Below, one piece after another: positions 16,991 through 24,857 of a stretch of DNA of 32,000 nt (positions within the stretch are counted from its first letter, which is position 1; each line of letters starts with the position of its first letter). Where the stretch lies: contig JBBIMK010000020.1 of assembly GCA_037444445.1 (NCBI GenBank), positions 5,047 through 37,046 of the forward strand, given 5' to 3'. Below the pieces are notes generated by a model, which was given only the letters and a program-made list of their open reading frames with translations, made no database searches and was not told the origin of the DNA. The position numbers were made by a program, and so were the translations under genes. This DNA comes from a bacterium. Its GTDB lineage: Bacteria; UBP7; UBA6624; JBBIMK01.

Positions 16991-18142
16991 TCAAGTTTTC
17001 GGTGTGCTGGTGGGTATAGGAGAGTAGCGCAGGAGGCAACCGATACAGATTTGCTTAAGGAAGGCGGTGTCATATCGGATGGGGCGAATCACAGCCCCCT
17101 GGGCAAAGGCTTTTTCAACGGCCTCTGCCACAACATCCGGAGTTAAAACAGTAGGAGACCCACAATACTGGCAGTTCCCAAAATTCGTGAACAGGGCTTT
17201 ACAATTTTTGCAAATATAACCGTTGAGATGGTAGTCCTCTGAGAAGAGAAGGGTGTGGATGTTGGCTCCATTCAGGGCTTGAAGCACAGGGGCAAGGCCT
17301 ATTCGCCCTTGCCTGCCCGCGGAAGATTCCTGCTTCAGGGATTCTACGAGGCTTCTTTCCTCTGCCTCCTCAAAACGGCGAATAAGAGGTTCACACCGCT
17401 GGAGAATTTCCTCTTTCGATTCATCTCGGTCTACCCGGATGACTCCGATAATTCTGTTGGATATGGAGGATGGGATGGCGATTTTGAGAGCACTGACCAC
17501 ATCCTCACTCCCCCCGAGGATGAGATGATGACAGAAGCGTTTCTGAAGCAGGGAAGAAAGTTTTTCAGCCACTTTACGCGCATGGTGCATCAGGTGAGCA
17601 GAGATATGCCGAGCCATACGCCCTTCCTCTCTACCCTCATACCCCCCTGCTTTTACCTTCTTCGGTACTTCACTTTCCATTTCTTCAAGGGATTCAATAT
17701 CACCCAAAAAAAGTTCATAGATGGAGGCGCCCTTTCGGTCAATCACTCCCACCAGATAACGCCGGTAAGCCTGAAGTAAAGTTAGAAGAGGGGAGACATA
17801 AGGCGTAGAATTTACGACCAGGCGATTCGGAATATAGGCTCTTAATGGGTAAGTCTTCCAGAGGCCAGCTTTGCTGGAGGAAAAAATTGCCACGGACCGA
17901 TGGGGAAAATTCAGAGGCATCTGATTCAAAAAAGTTTGAATCTGGCGTAAATCTTTTTCTACCAAAGGTTTCACAGATTCCTGCACCTGGGTTTTGATGA
18001 GGTTCTTTAAGACAGTGCGGTATTCACCTCTGGGGTAAGTTTGATGGTCTACTCCGAGATAAACGCTTACGATAGGAGTAGAACTTTTCAGCTGTGATAA
18101 CTCTCTAACTTGCTGTAGTGTGAGCAATGCCCATCCCTCCAA
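16991..18142 (-). CDS. eRF1/Pelota-like protein (bacterial aeRF1-type release-factor homologue) with GGY instead of GGQ and a CxxC-x10-CxxC insert
   Basis: N-terminal IVSVYLGVD pattern. The central EVPKKVKAGGYEGREEGRMARHISAHLMHHARKVAEKL aligns by eye to the eRF1/aRF1 M-domain PKKHGRGGQSALRFARLR...VRKVAE. The C-terminal domain has LILGGSEDV and CKNCKALFTNFGNCQYCG. The track start at 18142 is TTG. A second in-frame TTG at 18127 lies 7 nt after GGAGGG and is the more likely start. Confidence 0.65.
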   Translation of the reverse strand: MEGWALLTLQQVRELSQLKSSTPIVSVYLGVDHQTYPRGEYRTVLKNLIKTQVQESVKPLVEKDLRQIQTFLNQMPLNFPHRSVAIFSSSKAGLWKTYPLRAYIPNRLVVNSTPYVSPLLTLLQAYRRYLVGVIDRKGASIYELFLGDIESLEEMESEVPKKVKAGGYEGREEGRMARHISAHLMHHARKVAEKLSSLLQKRFCHHLILGGSEDVVSALKIAIPSSISNRIIGVIRVDRDESKEEILQRCEPLIRRFEEAEERSLVESLKQESSAGRQGRIGLAPVLQALNGANIHTLLFSEDYHLNGYICKNCKALFTNFGNCQYCGSPTVLTPDVVAEAVEKAFAQGAVIRPIRYDTAFLKQICIGCLLRYSPIPTSTPKT

Positions 18143-18154
18143 TTTAGAAAAAGA

Positions 18155-18225
18155 GGGAGTGGAGTTTGAAGCCCCCCTTCAAGGAGGAGGTGGGGGGAGA
18201 GAAGGCCAGGCTTCATACCACTCCC
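18155..18225 (-). promoter_or_regulatory. Structured leader/attenuator-like hairpin upstream of the eRF1-like gene
   Basis: Arms GGGAGTGG (18155-18162) / CCACTCCC (18218-18225), TGAAGCC (18167-18173) / GGCTTCA (18209-18215) and CCTTC (18176-18180) / GAAGG (18201-18205). On the minus strand the hairpin is followed by TCTTTTTCT, then the GGAGGG RBS. Confidence 0.35.
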
Positions 18226-18337
18226 TTCATATAATTATAACTCAGAAATAAAAATGGTAAAAGTCAGGAAATAATTGGATGGACATACGATAGATTTCTT
18301 ATTAGAGCAGTAAAGAAGTATGATAGACTAAAAGCGG

Positions 18338-21112
18338 ATGAACAGGGGGATGGTGGTCTTAATGTGTTGCATTTATATGGCAGAAAGTGCAGGAGTAAGC
18401 GTGAAGCATGCTTTCGGATTTGAGGGGCTTGTTCTGTCGCTCAAAGAAGGAAAATGGAAATTCGCAATAGATGAGAAGAGAGAAGGAATTGTGAAAGGAT
18501 GGTTTAAACCGGAGCACGATGTCTCTAACTGGGATGAGATTCAGGTGGGGCGTTCATGGGAGGGACAGGGATATAACTATGATGGTTGGGCGTGGTACCG
18601 TAGAGACTTTCTTCTCTCAAAGGAATGGGCAGGGGAGAAAGTTTTTGTCGTATTGGGCGGTGTAGACGATGAATATGAAGTTTATGTAAATGGAGAAAAG
18701 GCTGGAGGCAATGGAAGTTTTGAACAGGGTATTTCGGTATGGGATACCTATACTTATGTGGAAGTTACTCCCTGGATTCACCGGGAGAAAACCAATATTC
18801 TGGTCATCTGGGTCAATGACTGGGGAGGATATGGAGGATTACGGAAAGAACCAGTGGCAGTGGTAAGTGACCCGAGAATTTTGATGCCACCGGAAGATTT
18901 TATCAAAATATATGCCCGGGAACACACCGATTTGCCCCTTCCTTACTGGGCAACCGGAAAGGGAATCGCATGGACGATGACCGGGGTGGACGAAGGGGTG
19001 GAAGAAATTCTGTTAAGCCATGACGGGGCTATTGGAGCCACATCCTTTCCATTCACCATTTCTGGGTGGATTTTAAGCCGCACAACCGGGAAACTGTGGG
19101 CACCAGAAAATCTTCAATCATCCCAGCCTTCCGCCTCATTGAAAAACGGATATCTCCCTCTCCTTCAATACGCTTTTCTTGCCGATGGTTTCCGAGTGGA
19201 ATCCGAAGTCTTTGCTAATTCTTACGGCGACCCGGATGAGGATGGAGTGGCATATATCCTTTACAGAATCGCGAATAATTCTAAAGAAAACCAGGAAGCG
19301 GAGTTTCTTCTCGTCATCCGACCTTATCTGGTGAATGGGAAAATCGGCCAGGTGACCTCCGTGAGGTTTGAAGGTAATTCCGTGTTCATCAACGACAATT
19401 TCTTATTGTTGTGCGAGGATGTGCCATCGGGTTCTCTGACTTCATCTCTCTTTGAATCCGGAGATATTTCACAGGATATTTTCACGAAAAAGCCCTCGGT
19501 CTTCATCACCGATGAGCGTGGGTTAGGCATGCTTGCACTGCAGTATCCGTTGAACACCAAACCCGGGCAGGTATTTACTTTTCACTTTCGGTTGCCCCTC
19601 CGGCCCCGAGAAGAATTCCCTCTGGCGTGGTTGCGTTCTATGCGACTCCATTCCTTTGCAGGTGAAGAAGCAACAGTTTCTGCTTACTGGGAGAAGTTAC
19701 TGGAGAACATCCCCTTCCAATTCCCTGATGAATCTCTAAATCATGCGTATAGGGCTTCTATCGCTAATATCTTAATTGCTATGGACAAAGGGATGCTCCA
19801 TCCCGGCCCCCTGGCTTACAGTTTATTCTGGTACAGGGATTCTGCTTATATGATAACTGCCCTGTTGCAATCTGGATTCGCTCCACGGGTCAAAAATATG
19901 CTTCCCCATTTTATGAAAGCCCAGCTGGAGTCCGGGGAATTTCCCTCCATATTTGATTTGAATTACAAAAATGTGGGGTGGCAGGAATGGGACGCCCAGG
20001 GGCAGGCTCTTTACTCTATGGCCCAGTATTACCGTTTCACGAGAGATAAGGAGTTCATACAAGAGCACTGGCAAACTCTCGTGAAGGGCGCAGAATTTTT
20101 AAGGAAAATTCGGAAAGAGCGATTGAAACCCGAATTTGAAGCAACAGAACGATACGGAATCCTGCCTCCTTCAGTTTCCGCAGAAGACCTGGGACCCGGA
20201 GACTGGCATCATTATTGGGATGATTTCTGGGCTATCCGAGGGTTGAAAGATGGAGCATTCCTGGCAAGAGAATTGAACGATGATGCCACCAGCCAGTGGA
20301 TGGAGAAGGAAGCACAAGAACTCCTCCACTGGACAAAGCATTCTTACTCGCTCATCATGCAAAAACAGGGAATAGACTGGATAGCCAATGGTCCGGAAGA
20401 TTGGACTGGCTCTTCCATGGCAAGAGGCACAGGAGCGGGATTATGGCCCGGGGGCGCGCTTTCACCCGGTGACCCGGTGGTGCGAACCTCTTTCCAGCGC
20501 TATTATGAAAAATGGATACAGCCGTTCGGTGGAGCCTATCTTCATCAGGGGCGTTTCTGGCCCTACGGGCTTGAACTGGCCCTTGCGTATGTGATGCTGG
20601 GGCGGAGAGAAATTGCTTCTGAAATCCTGAAGTGGCATCTGGACCATCAAACATTCCCCGGCACCTTTTCCTGGGCGGAACAGATTGACCCCAAAACCTT
20701 CAAGTTTCTATCCGGAGATATGCCCCACTGCTGGGTGGCGGCTGACCTTCTTAACCTCCTGCGCGGAATGCTGGTGTATGAGGAGGAGAATCGTCTGGTG
20801 TTAATGGCAGGCATTCCACGAGTATGGCTGGATTCTCACCAGACGATTCAACTCCGTGATGCCCCCACCTACTTCGGCAAACTTTCCCTTGCCCTTTCAG
20901 TAAATCGTGAACAGGAAGAACAACGCATCCGGATAGCAATCACTGGCGATGCCCGTCCAGAAGCAGGATTTCACTTCCGTCTGCCCATACTACCTGAAGA
21001 AGTTCAATCTATCCTCGTGGAGAATGAGCCCATACATCTTCAAGCAGATGGTTCCTTCACAATTCCTGGCGCTGCTCATCAGATTCTGATAACTTTGAAC
21101 CTTCCACGATAA
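18338..21112 (+). CDS. Glycoside hydrolase: N-terminal GH2-type sugar-binding (galactose-binding-like) domain + C-terminal (alpha/alpha)6 GH15-like domain
   Basis: N-terminal GWAWYRRDF...GEKVFVVLGGVDDEYEVYVNGEKAG is the classic GH2_N/galactose-binding-like pattern. The C-terminal half has LFWYRDSAYMITALLQSG (GH15-type W-x-RD-S/A motif) and Trp/acidic-rich helices. Confidence 0.65.
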   Translation: MNRGMVVLMCCIYMAESAGVSVKHAFGFEGLVLSLKEGKWKFAIDEKREGIVKGWFKPEHDVSNWDEIQVGRSWEGQGYNYDGWAWYRRDFLLSKEWAGEKVFVVLGGVDDEYEVYVNGEKAGGNGSFEQGISVWDTYTYVEVTPWIHREKTNILVIWVNDWGGYGGLRKEPVAVVSDPRILMPPEDFIKIYAREHTDLPLPYWATGKGIAWTMTGVDEGVEEILLSHDGAIGATSFPFTISGWILSRTTGKLWAPENLQSSQPSASLKNGYLPLLQYAFLADGFRVESEVFANSYGDPDEDGVAYILYRIANNSKENQEAEFLLVIRPYLVNGKIGQVTSVRFEGNSVFINDNFLLLCEDVPSGSLTSSLFESGDISQDIFTKKPSVFITDERGLGMLALQYPLNTKPGQVFTFHFRLPLRPREEFPLAWLRSMRLHSFAGEEATVSAYWEKLLENIPFQFPDESLNHAYRASIANILIAMDKGMLHPGPLAYSLFWYRDSAYMITALLQSGFAPRVKNMLPHFMKAQLESGEFPSIFDLNYKNVGWQEWDAQGQALYSMAQYYRFTRDKEFIQEHWQTLVKGAEFLRKIRKERLKPEFEATERYGILPPSVSAEDLGPGDWHHYWDDFWAIRGLKDGAFLARELNDDATSQWMEKEAQELLHWTKHSYSLIMQKQGIDWIANGPEDWTGSSMARGTGAGLWPGGALSPGDPVVRTSFQRYYEKWIQPFGGAYLHQGRFWPYGLELALAYVMLGRREIASEILKWHLDHQTFPGTFSWAEQIDPKTFKFLSGDMPHCWVAADLLNLLRGMLVYEEENRLVLMAGIPRVWLDSHQTIQLRDAPTYFGKLSLALSVNREQEEQRIRIAITGDARPEAGFHFRLPILPEEVQSILVENEPIHLQADGSFTIPGAAHQILITLNLPR

Positions 21113-21172
21113 CGCAAGGAAACAGGTGAAAGGCAACCGAACGGGCAAAATTGTGGATGGCGGTGATGTGAT

Positions 21173-22018
21173 TTGTTTCAGCATTTGACATCCCCGGTAG
21201 TGGTTGCCATGCTTCTGATTGGATTTATGAGCGTGGTGGACACATTAAATCTTTCCATCCGGGTGAGCGCAGTCATCACGAAGCGGCTGGCAGTAGCCCT
21301 ATCTTTGTTCAATATGCTTATGATTCTTTCCCGCACATCCAATCTTGTGCAGGCGCCTATCGTAGCCAGCATGGCGGATATAGCGGTAGAACGGCATTCT
21401 GCTATCTGGCTCCTGCCCAAATTACGCTGGATTATCCTTTCCACCACGCTGGGCACGGTGGTGGGTGCCTTCCTGACACCCACATTGGTGCAGATATTTG
21501 TGCGTAGTATTCATCTTTTTGAGGAGAAAAAGACGGTGACTCGTGTCATCGTTCATCTATTAAAACCGCGTAATTTATGGGACCTGCGGACGGACTTTCG
21601 GGCCCCTTCATGGCAAGAATTTCGGTTGCATCTGGGGCGTGTTCGCCGTCTACCCTGGGATTTGCTGGTCTGGCATGTGCTCGTGATTGGATTCTATACT
21701 GTAGGGGTTCTTTCCACCATTTATGCGGCCGTTCTGGAGCCGAATATGCGTGCTACCGTCACCAATTTATCCGGAGTGGTGAATGGGATTGCCACCCTGT
21801 TGTTATTCATCGTTGTAGACCCTCCCGCCGCAATGATAACCGACCACTGCATCCAGGAGAAACGCCCTCCAGAAGATGCAAAAACCCTGAACACTTTTTT
21901 AATTCTCACCCGATTCACTGGCACTCTATTAGCCCAGTTTCTCCTCGTGCCTATGTCCCATTGGGTGCTAATCGTGGCCCGCTGGGTATTTACCATCTTC
22001 TACGGGCACACCTTTTGA
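21173..22018 (+). CDS. Polytopic membrane protein, Amj-like (alternate lipid II flippase family, DUF2837) candidate
   Basis: 281 aa with about 6-7 TM segments. The N-terminal segment DTLNLSIRVSAVITKRLAVALSLFNMLMILSRTSNLVQAP resembles my recollection of the conserved Amj/YdaH N-terminus. This has not been verified by search. Confidence 0.45.
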   Translation: MFQHLTSPVVVAMLLIGFMSVVDTLNLSIRVSAVITKRLAVALSLFNMLMILSRTSNLVQAPIVASMADIAVERHSAIWLLPKLRWIILSTTLGTVVGAFLTPTLVQIFVRSIHLFEEKKTVTRVIVHLLKPRNLWDLRTDFRAPSWQEFRLHLGRVRRLPWDLLVWHVLVIGFYTVGVLSTIYAAVLEPNMRATVTNLSGVVNGIATLLLFIVVDPPAAMITDHCIQEKRPPEDAKTLNTFLILTRFTGTLLAQFLLVPMSHWVLIVARWVFTIFYGHTF

Positions 22019-22069
22019 AACCAATAAGCAGGAAATGATTGATAATTTCTTACCACATTCAAGGAGGAG

Positions 22070-23779
22070 ATGAATATGAAAAAAAACACAGGGAAGTGGG
22101 TAAGAACTCTGGGGCTTGCAGGGGTGTCTTTCTTTCTGATTTATGCGGCAAAGGAAGAAACATATCAGCCACCCTTAGAATTGAAGGTGCCAGCCAGGAT
22201 ATCCGGGGAAACTCAGTATTTGAGAATCCCCGTTGTAGCCCTGATTTACACCCATGTAACACGATGGCCTGTGGAGTTGATTCGGAAGCCCACCGACCCT
22301 CCAACTGTGAAAACGGTCCGAAAGAAAGTTCCCCCTCCTCCGCAGGTGCCGGATTCGGAAGTGGAACGCATTATGGAAGAACTCCGACTGGGGCAACTAT
22401 TTTACTGGACAAATTCTTCTATGAAATGTTTTGTGGATGTGATTCCTATCGTCGTGAAGGATGCGCTGGAACCGAAAGATATCTATGACACAAGCGAATA
22501 TCGTTTCCCTCTGGCAGAAGATGTGAAAAAACGTCTGGCTGAATATGGATTTGAACCTCTGGGTAGCAATCCTGTTACTCCAGACACGAAGCGGGCGGCT
22601 GGTCTTCTTCATCTGGTGATTGAGCAGGTATGGAATGAGAAGGAGAAGAAGTGGGTTTATTCCGGGCGTGGCGGGGGATTTACGGTAGGACCTGACATCT
22701 ACGGAATGGGGGTTTCCTGGTGGCAGGTTACCCCTGCAGATGCCGGCTCTAATAATCAATGGCTGATGGTTCATGAGTTCCACCACGACCTGGATGCTAT
22801 GTTCGCTTTCAGCGGCCAGGAAGACTACTGGTTCAACCACCCCTCCCCCACAGAAAATAATGTGGCACGCTTGGGGGAGCATTACGATGATAACGCCTAC
22901 ATCCTCCGCAGATGGCTTCCGTTAGAAAAATGGTTTACCAATCATTACGGGGAGGTGAAATCATTCATTGACCGGGATGAAGATGGGGTCCCCGATGATG
23001 ACCTTACCCTGCCTATGGATGAAAAAAGGTTTGGAAGTTCACCGGACTCAAAAGATACAGATCAGGATGGGCTGACGGATTTAGAAGAAGTTATGGCCTG
23101 GAACGGAATAAATCGGGGCCTGGGAGATATCTTTATGTCGGAGCATTTTTACCCTGACCCTAAAAATCCAGATTCGGACTCTGACGGTATTCTGGATGGT
23201 GATGACCCCTACCCTCTCTACCCCATCCATCCTTTCATCCCTATGAAATCACCTGAGATAGACGGGAAATTGGAGCATGATGAATGGTCAAAATTTGCTG
23301 AAATCAAAGATGAGCGCATTCAGGGCATTCTGTATGTTCAATGGAAAGAACTGGATGCCCTTTACTTTGCCCTGGAATTACCCAGCCCTGCAGGTATCAA
23401 AATTCAAATAGATGCCCTGAACGATGGATGGTTCATCGGGCGTGATAATTACCGTGTGGTGGTGAACAAGGAGGGAAAAGTAACAGAAACTACCATCATT
23501 GATTCCTCATCGCCCGGGAAATGGCCGCACGACGACAAAACTTTTGTAAAACCGGAAGATGTCAAAGTTGTTCATTCCCGGGAGGGTGAAAAAAACATGT
23601 ATGAAATTGCCATTCCGAGAAACTGGTATACCGGTTTGTCTCTGGAACCCTGCCAGATTCTTGGCCTCAATATCGGGGTAAAGCCCGATGATGGGAACCC
23701 TTTTTATGTGATGCTATTTGAACCTCATACTCTGGTGCAATTAAGGCTGGTGAATCCCACAGAATCCTGTAAGGTCTAA
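22070..23779 (+). CDS. Secreted multidomain protein: HExxH putative zinc hydrolase domain + thrombospondin type-3-like Ca-binding repeats + CBM9/DOMON-like C-terminal domain
   Basis: Signal anchor WVRTLGLAGVSFFLIYA. Motif LMVHEFHHDLD (HExxH). Repeats DRDEDGVPDDD, DTDQDGLTDLEE and DSDSDGILDGDDPYP. The C-terminal DGKLEHDEWSKFAEI...YVQWKELDALYFALEL resembles CBM9-like domains. Confidence 0.6.
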   Translation: MNMKKNTGKWVRTLGLAGVSFFLIYAAKEETYQPPLELKVPARISGETQYLRIPVVALIYTHVTRWPVELIRKPTDPPTVKTVRKKVPPPPQVPDSEVERIMEELRLGQLFYWTNSSMKCFVDVIPIVVKDALEPKDIYDTSEYRFPLAEDVKKRLAEYGFEPLGSNPVTPDTKRAAGLLHLVIEQVWNEKEKKWVYSGRGGGFTVGPDIYGMGVSWWQVTPADAGSNNQWLMVHEFHHDLDAMFAFSGQEDYWFNHPSPTENNVARLGEHYDDNAYILRRWLPLEKWFTNHYGEVKSFIDRDEDGVPDDDLTLPMDEKRFGSSPDSKDTDQDGLTDLEEVMAWNGINRGLGDIFMSEHFYPDPKNPDSDSDGILDGDDPYPLYPIHPFIPMKSPEIDGKLEHDEWSKFAEIKDERIQGILYVQWKELDALYFALELPSPAGIKIQIDALNDGWFIGRDNYRVVVNKEGKVTETTIIDSSSPGKWPHDDKTFVKPEDVKVVHSREGEKNMYEIAIPRNWYTGLSLEPCQILGLNIGVKPDDGNPFYVMLFEPHTLVQLRLVNPTESCKV

Positions 23780-23865
23780 CCTGAAGGAGATATGGCCTGC
23801 TTGTCTTACTCGGATGAAGAGGTAATTCTTCACCTGAACAATTTCTGATAATCATTTCTATTTTC

Positions 23866-23894
23866 TTGACAACCGCAAATTACCATTTCAGAAT
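23866..23894 (+). promoter_or_regulatory. Possible sigma70-type promoter for the CbiX-like gene
   Basis: TTGACA (23866-23871), a 17-nt spacer, then CAGAAT (23889-23894; 4/6 match to TATAAT), about 20 nt upstream of the GTG start at 23916. Confidence 0.3.
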
Positions 23895-23915
23895 TAAGAT
23901 TCAGGTGATGGAAAG

Positions 23916-24844
23916 GTGAGAGAGGATGAAAACATCAAATTTTTGAGGATAATCCCCTTTTTCCTTTTGCTCCCCCTATTCTTTTCTGGAGCGAGTGCCC
24001 ATATTCATAATGGTTCTGGAATCACTATGAAAGAGCACACAATTTTTCTACCATCCACACGCTCCACTCCGGTGGGATTGCTGGTGCTGGCACACGGTGG
24101 CTCAGAAGAATGGGAAGAGCAAGTGGTGGAAAAGATGCGGAGTTTCCACTCCACTTTGCCTGTGGCAATAGCCTTTGGAATGGCAATGAGTTCCAGCGAG
24201 TATATCCGGGAGGGAATTCTGAAACTGGAGAAGACAGGTGTAAGGGAAATCGTGGTTCTGCCTCTTTTTGTTTCATCTTATGCGCCTGTGCCTCGTCAAA
24301 TGGAGTATATCTTTTGGCGGAGAAAAAACCTGTTTTTTCCACAGTTTCACAAATTTCCACGCGGTTAAGGATACATTATCTATCAGCGATAGATGGGGAT
24401 TATCAGATAGGCTGGATGCTTGCGGATTTCACCGACGAACTCAGCGAGAGCCCGGAGGAAGAAGTGGTTCTACTGGTTGCTCACGGTCCTATCACGGAAG
24501 CGGATAATCAAATCTGGTTGAACCAGCTGAGGAGAATGGGGGAAGAGATTCAGGGGAGAGGGTATGTAGCGATAGAGGTGGCGACCCTGCAGGATGATGC
24601 TCCACCCGAGATTCGGAATCGTGCCGTTGAAGATATTCGGCGTCTCATCCAGCGATGGAGTCCGCCCCATCGTGTTTTAGTCGTGCCCGTGCTCATTTCC
24701 TCTTCCGACATTCAGCAAAAAATCCTGAAAATCCTTCCAGACTGTCCTTGCCGCTTCAGTCATCGTGGAATCATTTCACACCCGGCATTCTCAAAATATA
24801 TCTGGAAAAAGATTAGGCCTTACCTTTTGTCCACATATCCGTAG
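23916..24844 (+). pseudogene. Signal-peptide-bearing double CbiX/SirB-like (class II chelatase fold) gene interrupted by one frame change
   Basis: Frame 0 (23916-24368) reads signal peptide, then GLLVLAHGGSEEW...VVLPLFVSS. The frame of 24110-24844 carries the second repeat VVLLVAHGPITEADN...VVPVLISS. The two halves join by a -1 change. A candidate site is AGA-AAA-AAC at 24321-24329. Confidence 0.7.
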
Positions 24845-24857
24845 TATTTCTGGATTT

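Noticed and set aside
17255-17779. A 174-aa plus-strand ORF antisense to the eRF1-like gene.
   Set aside because: It has no recognisable motifs and lies wholly inside the better-supported minus-strand ORF.
18181-18234. A 14-codon micro-ORF (GTG 18190, MGGEKARLHTTPFI) behind the strong AAGGAGG on the plus strand.
   Set aside because: The spacing between GGAGG and GTG is only about 2 nt, and the sequence lies inside the hairpin. I interpret the purine tract as part of the RNA structure rather than a real RBS.
21577-22488. Alternative-frame ORFs 21577-22038 (153 aa) and 22039-22488 (149 aa).
   Set aside because: They overlap the Amj-like membrane protein and the signal-peptide-bearing 22070 gene in other frames. 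Their translations are Arg/Cys/Gly-rich without features.
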